From positions 45,885 through 109,884 of the forward strand of contig JAJZKO010000001.1 of NCBI GenBank assembly GCA_021850805.1: a stretch of 64,000 nucleotides of DNA, read 5' to 3'. The position numbers and the translations under genes are program-made. The stretch comes from Candidatus Micrarchaeota archaeon (GTDB lineage: Archaea > Micrarchaeota > Micrarchaeia > Micrarchaeales > CABMGC01). Numbering within the stretch: the stretch's first letter is position 1; every line of letters starts with the position of its first letter. Of the stretch, positions 1 to 10,171 are shown piece after piece. Under the pieces are notes generated by a model, which was not told where the DNA came from, ran no database searches, and was given only the letters and a program-made list of their open reading frames with translations.

Positions 1-648
1 AAGCAGCGAAGCGAAAACCCCATTCCTTGCAGCGTCGGCTGCCGTGCATCCTTTCCACATGCTTAGCTCGCCTGCCCTAGTCTGACGCATGCTTATGCTG
101 TTGTTTAAGGAAAGGCTTATCGCATTCACAAAGCCCTCTTTTTCAAGACCCATGAGCGAAGCAAGTCCAGCCGCAGATGATATTGATATGTAGGTCACAT
201 GATCCCAGCCCTTTGCACGTATTGAAAAAGAATCTGCAAAGGCGCATGCCACTTGATAGGATACGGCAATTGAGGCTATCGCATCCTTTTCAGAAAATCC
301 CATGGCGTCTGCGCAGCATAGTATTGGGGGTATGTTGTCTGAAGGATGCAGAGCTTCCTTGGACAGGTATGTATCGCTGTAATCAAGATATCTTGTCATT
401 GTTCCGTTTATGAATGTGGCAACATCTACTGATGCGGCCTCGCCGAAGAAGTATGTCCGCGAGTTGTATCTTCCTGAGCTTGGGAGTAGCGCTGCCCTTG
501 ATATGCTAACAGGCTTCTCCTTGGCCGCCCCGAACGATACAAATATTGAATCGATAATCCTCATCCTGATGAGCTCTTCGGTCTCCTTTTTCACCCCTGA
601 TTCGGAGACGTTTCTTGAATACTCATATAGCTTCTCTGCCAGGAACAT
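1..648 (-). CDS. MmgE/PrpD family protein (2-methylcitrate dehydratase-like), 3' end cut by window edge
   Basis: Not in the ORF track because it runs off the window. My reverse-strand translation from the ATG at 648 reads MFLAEKLYEYSRNVSESGVKKETEELIRMRIIDSIFVSFGAAKEK...RYLDYSDTYLSKEALHPSDNIPPIL... The HPSD motif and overall pattern are typical of PrpD/MmgE. It stays in frame to position 1. Confidence 0.75.
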   Translation of the reverse strand, partial: MFLAEKLYEYSRNVSESGVKKETEELIRMRIIDSIFVSFGAAKEKPVSISRAALLPSSGRYNSRTYFFGEAASVDVATFINGTMTRYLDYSDTYLSKEALHPSDNIPPILCCADAMGFSEKDAIASIAVSYQVACAFADSFSIRAKGWDHVTYISISSAAGLASLMGLEKEGFVNAISLSLNNSISMRQTRAGELSMWKGCTAADAARNGVFASLL

Positions 649-746
649 AACCAACCCTTACCTATGTACAATCTAAGGGATACAAAAGTATATATTTTAA
701 ATATGGTTGCATCTCTACTGCATGGTTTGCCAGAGGCATCTAGAAG

Positions 747-1514
747 ATGAGACATGATGATGAAGTGGTGTTTGGGAAGGAAGGTGGAATCGCAAGCATC
801 GCCATAAACAGGGCAGGAAGCATGAATGCGATCAGTTCTGATATCGCAGATGCGCTTGGGCGTTGTATCAAGGAAGTTGGAAAAGATCCAGTTATTAAGG
901 CAGTTGTAATCTCAGGCAGCGGAGGAAAAGCATTCTCTGCCGGGGCAGATATAAAATATATTTCCACTTTGAAGGGTGGAGCAGAGGCAAGAAAGTTTTC
1001 TGAAGAGATGCATGACCTGTTTGATAGGATAGAGTCCCTTGAGAAAGTAGTTATAGCGGCGATAGAAGGCTACTGCCTTGGCGGCGGATGCGAACTGGCA
1101 ATGGCGTGCGACATAAGGATAGCCGGGAATTCTGCGGTATTTGGGCAGCCGGAAGTTAAGCTTGGCTTGGTGCCCGGGGGCGGAGGGACTTACAGGCTCC
1201 AGCAGATTGTTGGAGTTGGAATGGCAAAGGAGCTGATATTCTCAGGGAGGAGCATAAGTGCAGAAGAAGCATTTAGGATAGGATTGGTTAACAGGGTGGT
1301 AAAAGCAGGCGCGGCGCTTGCAGAGGCGAAGATCCTTGCAGAGGAGATATGCCACAACAGCTCAAATGCGGTGCAGCTTTCGAAAAAGCTGATAAACACA
1401 GGGATTAGGAGCAATGGGGAGATGGAGAAGAGTTCGTTTGCTTCATGTTTCAATGGCGGTGATGCAAGAGAGGGCATAGATGCCTTCCTTAGCAAAAGGA
1501 GGCCTGATTTTTAA
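747..1514 (+). CDS. enoyl-CoA hydratase/isomerase (crotonase family)
   Basis: 255 aa. Crotonase signatures VISGSGGKAFSAGADI, GYCLGGGCELAMACDIRIA and GQPEVKLGLVPGGGGT. Confidence 0.9.
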   Translation: MRHDDEVVFGKEGGIASIAINRAGSMNAISSDIADALGRCIKEVGKDPVIKAVVISGSGGKAFSAGADIKYISTLKGGAEARKFSEEMHDLFDRIESLEKVVIAAIEGYCLGGGCELAMACDIRIAGNSAVFGQPEVKLGLVPGGGGTYRLQQIVGVGMAKELIFSGRSISAEEAFRIGLVNRVVKAGAALAEAKILAEEICHNSSNAVQLSKKLINTGIRSNGEMEKSSFASCFNGGDAREGIDAFLSKRRPDF

Positions 1515-1525
1515 GGGTAGGAACT

Positions 1526-2752
1526 ATGGAAGAGGTATTTATTGTTGATGCTGCAAGGAGCCCCATAGGCAAGTTCCTTGGGAAGCTTTCTGGAATAGGC
1601 GCCACTCACCTTGCTGCAGAAGTCCTGCAGGGGATGCTCAAGCGCACTCCGATAAATAAGGATGAGGTAGACGATCTTATACTCGGCAACGTCATCTCCT
1701 CAGGGCTCGGGCAGAACATAGCAAAGCAGGTAGTGGTATACGCTGGCCTCCCGAACAAGACTCCGGCTTATGCTGTGAACAAGGTATGTGCATCAAGCCT
1801 GAAGGCAGTCGCGCTGGGGAGCGAGGAGATATCCGCAGGCAATGCAGATGTTGTAATTGCAGGGGGCGCAGAGAGCATGAGCAACGCCCCTTTTGTCCTA
1901 AACGGAGTCAGGAAGTTCCACAAGTTCGGTAATCTGGAACTGGGAGATTTCCTGTCAAAAGCACATGAGGCAGGCGGCGATCCGGAGAGGATGACACTTG
2001 TTGATGAAATGCTCTATGAAGGACTTATAGACTGCTACAGTGGAAAGCACATGGGAAGCATAGCCGAGAGCATGGCTTCCGAATATGGAGTTACAAGAAA
2101 TGAAGAAGACGAATTTGCGCTTGAGAGCCACAGGAAAGCGGCTGCAGCAGAGGATTCTGGTAAGTTCTCACGCGAGATTATTCCAGTAGCTTCACCTGAT
2201 GGAAGCGTGGTAAGCGGAGATGAAGGGATACGCAGGGATACCAGCCTTGAGAGGCTATCGGCACTTAAACCGGTATTTGATAGCAAAGGTACGATAACAG
2301 CAGGCAACTCTTCGCAGCTTAGCGATGGGGCATCGTTCCTGATATTAGTCTCAGGTGGCAAGCTCAAGGAACTGGGATTGAAACCACTTGCACAGGTCAT
2401 TTCTTATTCTGCATCAGGCAGCGACCCTGATAAATATGGCATTGCGCCTGTTTCTTCTGCAAGAGATGCACTTGCAAAGGCAGGGTTAGGAACAGATGAC
2501 GTAGACCTGGTGGAACTTAACGAAGCCTTCTGCGTACAGGCACTTAGTGTAATAAAGTCCATTGGGATAGAGCGATCGAGGTTCAACGTAAACGGCGGGG
2601 CTACCGCCCTTGGGCATCCGCTTGGCGCTACTGGCGCGTGCATACTTTCTACACTTTTATATGCTTTGCATGATAGGAATAAGCAGATCGGTCTGGCAAC
2701 GCTCTGCCATGGGGGAGGCGGAGCAATGTCGGTAGTAGTAAGAAGAGGTTGA
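1526..2752 (+). CDS. acetyl-CoA C-acetyltransferase (thiolase)
   Basis: 408 aa. Active-site region NKVCASSLKA, C-terminal NVNGGATALGHPLGATG and LCHGGGGA. 11 nt downstream of the crotonase gene. Confidence 0.92.
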   Translation: MEEVFIVDAARSPIGKFLGKLSGIGATHLAAEVLQGMLKRTPINKDEVDDLILGNVISSGLGQNIAKQVVVYAGLPNKTPAYAVNKVCASSLKAVALGSEEISAGNADVVIAGGAESMSNAPFVLNGVRKFHKFGNLELGDFLSKAHEAGGDPERMTLVDEMLYEGLIDCYSGKHMGSIAESMASEYGVTRNEEDEFALESHRKAAAAEDSGKFSREIIPVASPDGSVVSGDEGIRRDTSLERLSALKPVFDSKGTITAGNSSQLSDGASFLILVSGGKLKELGLKPLAQVISYSASGSDPDKYGIAPVSSARDALAKAGLGTDDVDLVELNEAFCVQALSVIKSIGIERSRFNVNGGATALGHPLGATGACILSTLLYALHDRNKQIGLATLCHGGGGAMSVVVRRG

Positions 2753-2756
2753 ATAG

Positions 2757-3602
2757 ATGAACGTCGCAATAATAGGCGCAGGGACTATGGGCTCTGGAAT
2801 AGCGCAGGTAGTCCTTAAGGCAGGGCATGAACTTACGCTTGTAAGCGAGAGCGAGGAATCGGTATTCAGGGGTTCGGAGATGGTGCGTGCAGGCTTCGAG
2901 AAGGCCATTGCAAAGGGCAAGATGACGGCAGAAGAGCGGGATGGTGCTCTTAAGAGGATGAAAACAGCAGTAAGCATGGAGGGAGCCAAGGATGCGGAAC
3001 TCGTCATAGAAGCAGTGCCTGAGACATTAAAGACAAAGTCAGAGGTATTGGTGAATGCCGAGGGTTATCTTGGCGAGAATGCGCTTATAGCTACGAATAC
3101 GTCTTCCTTATCCATAAACAAACTTGCCTCTTACCTTGCTAAACCCGAAAGGTTTATAGGAATGCATTTCTTCAACCCGGCCCCGGTGATGAAGGTTGTG
3201 GAGGTTGTTACCGGAGACAAGACCTCGGAAGATACCAAGAAAAGAGCTAACGAATTCATCGACGGCCTCGGGAAGACTGCGGTAGACGTTAAGGACTCGC
3301 CGGGATTTATATCCAACCGGCTTCTCATGATTTACATAAATGAGGCGATAAACAGTTTTGCAGATGGTATTGCCACGAAGGAAGCGATAGATACTATAGC
3401 GAGGCTTGGCTTTAATCATCCTATGGGGCCTTTTGAGCTTGCCGATTTCATAGGCTTAGACGTATGCAAGGATATAATGGAGGCAATATATATGCAGAGC
3501 GGAGACAAGAGGTTTGAACCTTCCAGCCTTCTCGTAAGGCTTGTGAATGAGGGCAGGCGGGGCAGGAAAAACGGCCATGGATTTTACGACTACAAAGGGT
3601 AG
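2757..3602 (+). CDS. 3-hydroxyacyl/3-hydroxybutyryl-CoA dehydrogenase
   Basis: 281 aa. N-terminal Rossmann motif IIGAGTMGSGIAQV, then IATNTSSLSI, GMHFFNPAPVMKVVE and PGFISNRL. Third gene of the beta-oxidation-type operon. Confidence 0.92.
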   Translation: MNVAIIGAGTMGSGIAQVVLKAGHELTLVSESEESVFRGSEMVRAGFEKAIAKGKMTAEERDGALKRMKTAVSMEGAKDAELVIEAVPETLKTKSEVLVNAEGYLGENALIATNTSSLSINKLASYLAKPERFIGMHFFNPAPVMKVVEVVTGDKTSEDTKKRANEFIDGLGKTAVDVKDSPGFISNRLLMIYINEAINSFADGIATKEAIDTIARLGFNHPMGPFELADFIGLDVCKDIMEAIYMQSGDKRFEPSSLLVRLVNEGRRGRKNGHGFYDYKG

Positions 3603-3606
3603 ATGC

Positions 3607-4839
3607 TTAGTATTCTTGATCAGGAACTATGCGTATCTTCTTCCCGTAAAGGTCCATGAATGATTCCTCCACCTTGGCTTTGGAGGCTGTGGTTTCTTTC
3701 TCTACAGCTCTGAGTTTGTCTTCCATCTGTTCCTTTGATTCCTTTGACTTCTCGATGCTTCGCAGGCCTGCCTCGAGCTCTTCCTTAGTCTTCTCAAGAC
3801 TGTAAAGCTCCTGCTGCAGAGACCTTATGATATTCCTCCTGGAGGATATCTCATCCATCCTTTCAGCCATTCCGAAATCAATGACTCTGTCTATCGTATT
3901 TATTATATCTTCGGGATTCTTTATGTCTATCTTTGACTCAGAGATTGAACTTCTCATATCCTTCACAAGCCTTATGAAATTCTCTCTTGTGCCTTTCTCA
4001 CTTATGAGCCTCTCTGGATTGTCTATTATGGAGCTGAGCTTCTCCTTTTCCGCAGAGATATGGTCGTACTTCTTTGCTGACCTCTTGATCTGCGCAAGTG
4101 CTGCCTCTACCTCATTGTAGATACTAGATACGCGGGATGATTCCTCAGCGATCCTCTTCCTTAAGGAGTATACTTTTTCATGGAGTTTGGTGCCTTCTGC
4201 TCTGCCTGCACTGTTGTCGTGGCTTTCAGCAGCCATATCGCCAAGGGAAGATATGGATGCGCGGAGTTCTGAAGAAGTTGCATATAGTGACTCGAGTTCT
4301 GCTATGCTTGAATAAAGCCTCTGGAACCTTGAGTATTGCGGCTCATGGCGCTCTATTGCAAGGCCTGCCCTCTTTGAGACTTCTTCAAGAATGGAGTATG
4401 CCTTCTTGAAATCGCCAATGTTGTTGGAATAGCTATATATCACCTGCCTGAAGCTTCCGTTCGACTGCAGGATCTTCGAAAGTATCTTGTCTACCTTACC
4501 GCGCATATCCATCAGGCGCGCGTATGATGACTCTCCACTGTACTCGCATCCTGAGAGCGCAGAGATTATGCCAAGCATTGTCTTTGAGTATGCACTTTTC
4601 TGCGCCTTTATCGAGTTGATGTTGGGCATGTACATGTTCTCGGTGTTTGGCTCTATCGCAAGTGCCTCGAATTCGCTGCAGGCGCGTTCGAATATCGATA
4701 TTGATGTTGCGATTTCCGCTTTCGCGCGCTGCTCTGTGCGCGTTATCTCAGGCATACTCTGATCGAATGCATCTATGGAAAGCCTGCGGAGTTCGCCAAG
4801 ACGAACTTCTTCTTGAGATTTTGGTTTCCTGAAAAACAT
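3607..4839 (-). CDS. hypothetical coiled-coil protein
   Basis: 410 aa, E/K/S/R-rich with a heptad-like composition. No family recognised. It is the longest ORF in the region and fits between flanking genes. Confidence 0.55.
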   Translation of the reverse strand: MFFRKPKSQEEVRLGELRRLSIDAFDQSMPEITRTEQRAKAEIATSISIFERACSEFEALAIEPNTENMYMPNINSIKAQKSAYSKTMLGIISALSGCEYSGESSYARLMDMRGKVDKILSKILQSNGSFRQVIYSYSNNIGDFKKAYSILEEVSKRAGLAIERHEPQYSRFQRLYSSIAELESLYATSSELRASISSLGDMAAESHDNSAGRAEGTKLHEKVYSLRKRIAEESSRVSSIYNEVEAALAQIKRSAKKYDHISAEKEKLSSIIDNPERLISEKGTRENFIRLVKDMRSSISESKIDIKNPEDIINTIDRVIDFGMAERMDEISSRRNIIRSLQQELYSLEKTKEELEAGLRSIEKSKESKEQMEDKLRAVEKETTASKAKVEESFMDLYGKKIRIVPDQEY

Positions 4840-4981
4840 AAGGCATATCTCTACAGAAAAACGTATAATTTTACGCTTATGCTTATGGGTTACCGGCTCT
4901 CCTGCTGTTTCTGCGGCATCTTATATTTATATATTTTTACTTTTAGAGAATATTGCCGCTTCTTAGTCTTAGCTGGTTCTA

Positions 4982-6136
4982 ATGGGATTTGAGATACCTA
5001 ACATATACAGAAGCAGGTATTCAAGGTTCTTGATACTTGTTCCATTAGCCCTGCTCTTTGCAAGTTTATACTTTGCACGGGGAATAACTCTGGACTCGAC
5101 GCTGAGCGGCGGAGAGAGTATACTTATACAGGCCAACACCACCCTAAGCCCGCAGCAGCTTTCCGGAATGATAGCGAGCGCGCTACATACACCTGCTCCG
5201 TCTATAACCAAGGGCACTGGAACACTGCAGATAACTATAGCGTCCAACTCAAGCATCTCGCAGGCTTATACGGACCTTGCCTCATTCTATACTTACAGGA
5301 ACTACTACGACAGCTACAACCTGAATTATACCACCATAAAGATAGGCTTGGGAGAAGACCCTTCCAACTCCACCCTTGCCAAAGAGCTAAATTACACGGA
5401 AAGGAACATGAGCGAGTATATGAGTCTCATGAACAAATCCCTGGTAAGCGAGCTCTCCCTTCTCTCACCTTTCGTAGGAAGCGAGAGGTTCATACCAAAT
5501 GATACCTCAAATATGACAGCAGTAGCGAGCAGTGCTTACACGGACGCGGGCCTTGTTTATGAGAACCGTACCATATCTGCACTGCATAAGATAGTGCCTT
5601 TCACTAGTTATACATATCAGGAGATAACCGCCTCAGAGAGCAGCCAGTTCCTGGGGCAGCTTGAGGAGATAATGATAGTTGCATTCGTCCTTATCTCTAT
5701 AGCAGTATTCTTTATAGTCAGGTCTTTTGGGCCTTCCTTTGCGGTAATATTCGGGGCTGCGAACGACATCATAGTAGCACTCGGAGCAATGAGCCTCTTC
5801 GGGATTCCCCTTGGAACCGCAAGCATAGGCGGCCTCCTGATGCTCCTTGGTTATTCAATAGATACTGATGTGCTTACGGCAATACGCATACTTAAGAGGC
5901 ATGAAGGAACGCCTGAAGACAGGGCTTATGCATCTATGAAGACAGGAATAACGATGACTACTGCAGCCATAGTCTCCTTCGCGATACTTTTCGCAGTATC
6001 GGTTATACTCTACGTGCCTTCATATTACGAGATATCAGGGGCTGTGCTCTTCGGGCTTATAGGAGATATATTCACTACGTGGCTTGGCAACGCCTCGATA
6101 ATACTCTTCTACGCGCGGAGGAGGAGTGGTGGTTAG
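4982..6136 (+). CDS. secF: protein-export membrane protein SecF
   Basis: 384 aa. C-terminal SecD/F membrane domain (FGPSFAVIFGAANDIIVALGAMSLFGIPLGTASIGGLLMLLGYSIDTDVL). Long sequon-rich extracytoplasmic loop. Abuts secD. Confidence 0.8.
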   Translation: MGFEIPNIYRSRYSRFLILVPLALLFASLYFARGITLDSTLSGGESILIQANTTLSPQQLSGMIASALHTPAPSITKGTGTLQITIASNSSISQAYTDLASFYTYRNYYDSYNLNYTTIKIGLGEDPSNSTLAKELNYTERNMSEYMSLMNKSLVSELSLLSPFVGSERFIPNDTSNMTAVASSAYTDAGLVYENRTISALHKIVPFTSYTYQEITASESSQFLGQLEEIMIVAFVLISIAVFFIVRSFGPSFAVIFGAANDIIVALGAMSLFGIPLGTASIGGLLMLLGYSIDTDVLTAIRILKRHEGTPEDRAYASMKTGITMTTAAIVSFAILFAVSVILYVPSYYEISGAVLFGLIGDIFTTWLGNASIILFYARRRSGG

Positions 6137-7735
6137 ATGAACATAAAACCTTACGTAAAAAACAAGAACATGGTTGCTTTTATAGCCATACTGTTCATAC
6201 TTGCCGTGCTGGACATCCTAAATTACCATGCAATAATTACGCAGCATCTTGGTGTGTCATTCATAGGGGGCACACAGATACCGATAACCCTCGCGACAAA
6301 TGCCACCCCAAGTCAGATGAGCCAGATAATATCCACGCTTGATAAGAGGCTCTCTACCTTTGGGCTTAGCCAGCCCACGATATATGGCGTGGGCGACAGG
6401 GAAGTTCTTGTCACAATACACAATTCTAGCGCATCGCAGATCAGCAGCACGCTGAAAGTTATAGAGAGCCAGGGTGTCTTCCAGGGAGTCGTAAGCGGAA
6501 GGGTTGCTATAAACGGATCCTCGATACTGCCCGACAGCGTAGGTGCCGCAAACCCTGTTGTTAATGGCACTTCGGTTACATGGACCGTGAATTTTTACCT
6601 TACGGAACAGGCTTCGCGTTACTTCTCCAACATAGTATTCGGGCAGGCTAATAAGCCGCTCTTCCTTTTCCTTGACAGGCCATCCAACTCCATAGTGCTT
6701 ATTAATGCATCTATACTCGGAAATGGAGCGCAACTTGGCAGCGCGCTGAGCGAGGCTGAAGAGGTAGCCGCAATGGATAACGCCACCATACTGCAGAACG
6801 GCACCATGCCCGTAGAGGTTCTGAGCTCAAATGGAGGAAACTGGAATTCGGTAAAAGGTTTCTTCGATGCCAACAGGGGAAGGTACAGGAACGTCATACT
6901 TCAGAACAGTACACCAGCTGCGATATCATCGAACCTCACGAAGATGAATTACACGCTTGATTACGTACCGCTCTCCAGTATGGTACCGCAGTTCACCGCA
7001 TCCCCAACAGGTGCGCCGACTGTCAGCGCATGGCCTGCCATAGGTCTCCTTACAATGGCATTCCTTAATCCAAGCATAACAAATGGCACGTTCAGCCAGG
7101 CTTATGATATATCAGGAGGTGTGCCCGCCAACCTTACCCTAGTCCAGGGGGAGAACTATGCAGTCAACCAGACAAAGACAATAGAGAGCATACTAAGCGG
7201 AGGCGCACTGCCTGTGCAGGTTACGGTGGGCACGCCTGTTACTACTCCACCCACGCTTGGAAAGTACTTTGAGTATGTGAGCTTCGTAGCGCTTCTTCTG
7301 GTGGTAATAGCAGTGTCAGTAGTTATAGCTGTAAGATACAGGAAGGCTTTCCTCATCGTACCTATAATGATAACCACGATAGCCGAGCTTTTCATAATAC
7401 TTTCCATAATAGGGCTTATAGGAACAATAGACATACCGACAATAGCCGGCGCGATTGCTGTGATAGGGACAGGGGTTGATGCACAGATAATAATAACCGA
7501 TGAAGTGCTCTCGAAATCATCCTCGGGGGCGAACATGAGGCTCAAGCTTGGCAATGCGTTTTATATAGTCTGGGCAGATGCTATCCTTCTTACAATCGCG
7601 ATGTTCCCGCTCCTTGTCTCGTCGCTTACAAGCATAATAGGCTTTTCCGAATCGACTATAATAGGGGCACTCCTCGGCGCAATAATAACCAGGCCCACAT
7701 ACGGGGCGATAATAGCAAGGAAGTATGGCGGCTGA
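6137..7735 (+). CDS. secD: protein-export membrane protein SecD
   Basis: 532 aa. Large periplasmic-type loop followed by a SecD/F membrane domain (IPTIAGAIAVIGTGVDAQIIITDE). Starts 1 nt after secF. Confidence 0.8.
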   Translation: MNIKPYVKNKNMVAFIAILFILAVLDILNYHAIITQHLGVSFIGGTQIPITLATNATPSQMSQIISTLDKRLSTFGLSQPTIYGVGDREVLVTIHNSSASQISSTLKVIESQGVFQGVVSGRVAINGSSILPDSVGAANPVVNGTSVTWTVNFYLTEQASRYFSNIVFGQANKPLFLFLDRPSNSIVLINASILGNGAQLGSALSEAEEVAAMDNATILQNGTMPVEVLSSNGGNWNSVKGFFDANRGRYRNVILQNSTPAAISSNLTKMNYTLDYVPLSSMVPQFTASPTGAPTVSAWPAIGLLTMAFLNPSITNGTFSQAYDISGGVPANLTLVQGENYAVNQTKTIESILSGGALPVQVTVGTPVTTPPTLGKYFEYVSFVALLLVVIAVSVVIAVRYRKAFLIVPIMITTIAELFIILSIIGLIGTIDIPTIAGAIAVIGTGVDAQIIITDEVLSKSSSGANMRLKLGNAFYIVWADAILLTIAMFPLLVSSLTSIIGFSESTIIGALLGAIITRPTYGAIIARKYGG

Positions 7736-7828
7736 TTCCGAGGCATAAGCCCCTACGCTATTACTTTATTCAGGCAGGTTTTGCAAAGTTATTTATTATT
7801 TTAATCGGATGTACACATGAGAAGAGAA

Positions 7829-7994
7829 CATGCATCACAAGGTCTTGCTTTCACAGCGCAGTAAGGCACAGAGCGCCATGGAGTACCTGATGACCTATGG
7901 ATGGGCGATACTGATTATCGCAGTGGTTCTTGGCGCGCTCTTCGAGCTCGGCGTCTTCAGCGGAACTTTCTTCATGCCTCATGTGCAGCCTTAA
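7829..7994 (+). pseudogene. decayed class III signal peptide (pilin-like) gene remnant, paralog of the 36830..37723 gene
   Basis: 7878-7984 matches 36860-36966 with 6 mismatches in 107 nt, and encodes MEYLMTYGWAILIIAVVLGALFELGVFSGTFFMPHV. The upstream ATG at 7829 (MHHKVLLSQR..) is out of frame by one extra G near 7860. The body is missing, and the sequence jumps to gcagcctt(a/g)acgcattgtat, which equals the 3' end of the full-length gene at about 37712-37731. Confidence 0.6.
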
Positions 7995-8117
7995 CGCATT
8001 GTATTGTTACCATTTTTGCGCAGGTTTGGCTGCAAAATAGCTTTATGCAGAGAATAGGCAGTATTTTATATCATCTCCGTACAGGATATTTCTGTCGAAT
8101 CTAGATAAGGAGAGCTT

Positions 8118-8753
8118 ATGCGTTTCTGCCCTACATGCAGTAATTCTGAGAATGACGCCAGATTTTACGGCAACTACTGCGAGGCATGCATGGGCAAGAA
8201 GGTCCTTGTAAAGCTTGACGACAGCGTGAAGGCATCGATATGCGGCAAGTGCGGGCGAATAAAGGGAAGCGGATTTTTCCATAAGGCTGACGAGAAGGGA
8301 TTCGAGACCGTGCTTAACGAACGTTTCAGGGGCTATCGCGTGAAGGTACTTGGGTATTCAGGTTTGGAGGTCTCTGCTGAATTCACTGCAGATACTGGCA
8401 GTGGGGAGATAGTGGTGGATAAGGAGGTCAGGCTTGAACTCTCTAAAGTCACTTGCGAAAGATGCTATAGAAAATCTTGCGGGTATTATGAGGCTGTCAT
8501 GCAGCTGCGGGGCAGCGCAGAGAGAATAAGGAGATATGAGGATAAGATATGCAGGAAGGCACAGCGCGACGAGGAGTTTGTCACTAAAGTGGAGGAAAAT
8601 GATGGGGGGATAGATATATACCTTAGCAGCAAGAAGGTCGCTTCTGCCATACTATCCGAGATGGGCATAAAGCCAATACGCTCCTACACCCTAAGCGGAC
8701 TCAAGAACGGGAGGAAAATTTATAAGAATACATATGCAATACATCTCTGGTAA
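8118..8753 (+). CDS. NMD3 family protein (short archaeal form)
   Basis: 211 aa. Four CxxC pairs (CPTC..CEAC, CGKCG, CERC) and a GYYEAVMQLRG motif characteristic of the NMD3 N-terminal domain. Confidence 0.7.
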   Translation: MRFCPTCSNSENDARFYGNYCEACMGKKVLVKLDDSVKASICGKCGRIKGSGFFHKADEKGFETVLNERFRGYRVKVLGYSGLEVSAEFTADTGSGEIVVDKEVRLELSKVTCERCYRKSCGYYEAVMQLRGSAERIRRYEDKICRKAQRDEEFVTKVEENDGGIDIYLSSKKVASAILSEMGIKPIRSYTLSGLKNGRKIYKNTYAIHLW

Positions 8754-8758
8754 GTGGT

Positions 8759-10105
8759 TTGCAGGATGTTCCGCAGCAGAATTATTACAAAGGCAAAGTA
8801 AGCGCAAGGGCTGCTACAGCGGTAGGGTTGGGTGCCATAATAGGCGCAGGCATATTCGTTCTTAGCGGAACTGCGATAGCGATAGCAGGCGTATACGCGA
8901 TAGTATCATTTCTCATCGTAGGTCTCGTAGCTATAATAGTCGCAATGGAGCTTGGCGAGCTCGGTTCGATAATGCCCAGGCTTAAGGGAGGCGCTTACTC
9001 TTATGTATATGAGGCATTCGGAAGCGAATTGGGCTTCATATCTGGCATACTTCTTTACTTCAGCTTTGCGACAGGAGTATCCGCAGTTGCGCTTGGTTTC
9101 GGATCCTATCTTGCAAGCATATTTGGAATAACGATGCATGCGTTCGTCGTGGGGTTTGCGGCCATGCTTATAGTAGTGCTTTCCTTTGTGAATATGCGCG
9201 GGATACGCAAGGCGGCTAAGGCAGACCTTGGTTTGGTAATAGTAAAACTGTTTATACTCTTTATATTCGCAGCTGCGGCAGTGTTTATAGCCGCATCGTC
9301 CAAAGGTGGCATCTCTGCTGTTAACTTCTCGGCTACCGCGCAGCAGGCAACCATAGGTGCAGTATTCGCGGCGAGCGTCGCGGTACTCTTCGCGTACTCC
9401 GGCTTTCAGGCAATATCCACATTTACCTCCGAGATCGAGGGTGGGAGCAGGAAGGCAGCGATGGCCGTGATATACGCTGTGGCGATAAGCATAGTCGTCT
9501 ATCTTGCGGTAATAATAGCGCTCATCCTGCTTGTCCCGGCATCGCAGTATACAGTAGCTGCAGATCCGCTCTCCTTCGCCCTTACGCATTCGGGGGCTCC
9601 TGGATGGCTCTCGCTTCTTGTAGATATAGGGGCGCTTATAGCGACAACATCGGCGACCCTTGCGCTTATACTCAGCTCTTCAAGGGTGCTTTACCAGATA
9701 GGCGAAAACAAGCTTCTGCCGCACTTCTTCAGGAAGTATGACCGAAGGAAGGATGTCGCAGTTAACGGGATACTCCTTACAGCGCTGATCTCCCTCCTTA
9801 TGCTCGGTTCGGGGAACATATACATAATAGCGGCAATAAGCAACTTCGGGCTCATTTTCTCTTACATACTTGCAAGCTTCGCAGTATTCCATTTCAGGAG
9901 AATAAAGGCACAGGCAGAGTTCAGGACGCCCCTTTATCCTTATACGTCTATTGTGGCAGTGCTTCTGCTCTTTGCCATTATGGCAGGCATGCCCAGGGAA
10001 GCGCTCATATTCGGCACCCTCTCCGTATTGTTCCTGCTTATTTTTTATTACTTCATGCGTGAGCTTAAGGAGAAGAAAGTTGTCAGGATTTATCTCTTCA
10101 GATAA
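8759..10105 (+). CDS. amino acid permease (APC superfamily)
   Basis: 448 aa, about 12 TM segments. N-terminal GLGAIIGAGIFVLSG motif typical of APC transporters. TTG start in the track. Confidence 0.85.
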   Translation: MQDVPQQNYYKGKVSARAATAVGLGAIIGAGIFVLSGTAIAIAGVYAIVSFLIVGLVAIIVAMELGELGSIMPRLKGGAYSYVYEAFGSELGFISGILLYFSFATGVSAVALGFGSYLASIFGITMHAFVVGFAAMLIVVLSFVNMRGIRKAAKADLGLVIVKLFILFIFAAAAVFIAASSKGGISAVNFSATAQQATIGAVFAASVAVLFAYSGFQAISTFTSEIEGGSRKAAMAVIYAVAISIVVYLAVIIALILLVPASQYTVAADPLSFALTHSGAPGWLSLLVDIGALIATTSATLALILSSSRVLYQIGENKLLPHFFRKYDRRKDVAVNGILLTALISLLMLGSGNIYIIAAISNFGLIFSYILASFAVFHFRRIKAQAEFRTPLYPYTSIVAVLLLFAIMAGMPREALIFGTLSVLFLLIFYYFMRELKEKKVVRIYLFR

Positions 10106-10171
10106 ATTGTTTTACGTTTTTTAACGAAGTATTGCTAGAGACGTATATACCACGCATGAGATAAGTAAAGT

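Noticed and set aside
7901-8104. 67-aa ORF (MGDTDYRSGSWRALRARRLQ...), with the similar 95-aa ORF at 36784..37071.
   Set aside because: Both are the +1 frame of the pilin signal-peptide coding repeat. The R/A/L-rich nonsense composition is explained by the real frame (MEYLMTYGWAILII...).
8906-9589. 227-aa antisense ORF within the APC permease gene.
   Set aside because: The C/Y/R/K-rich composition is typical of the reverse frame of a hydrophobic membrane-protein gene. The permease frame is clearly the real one.
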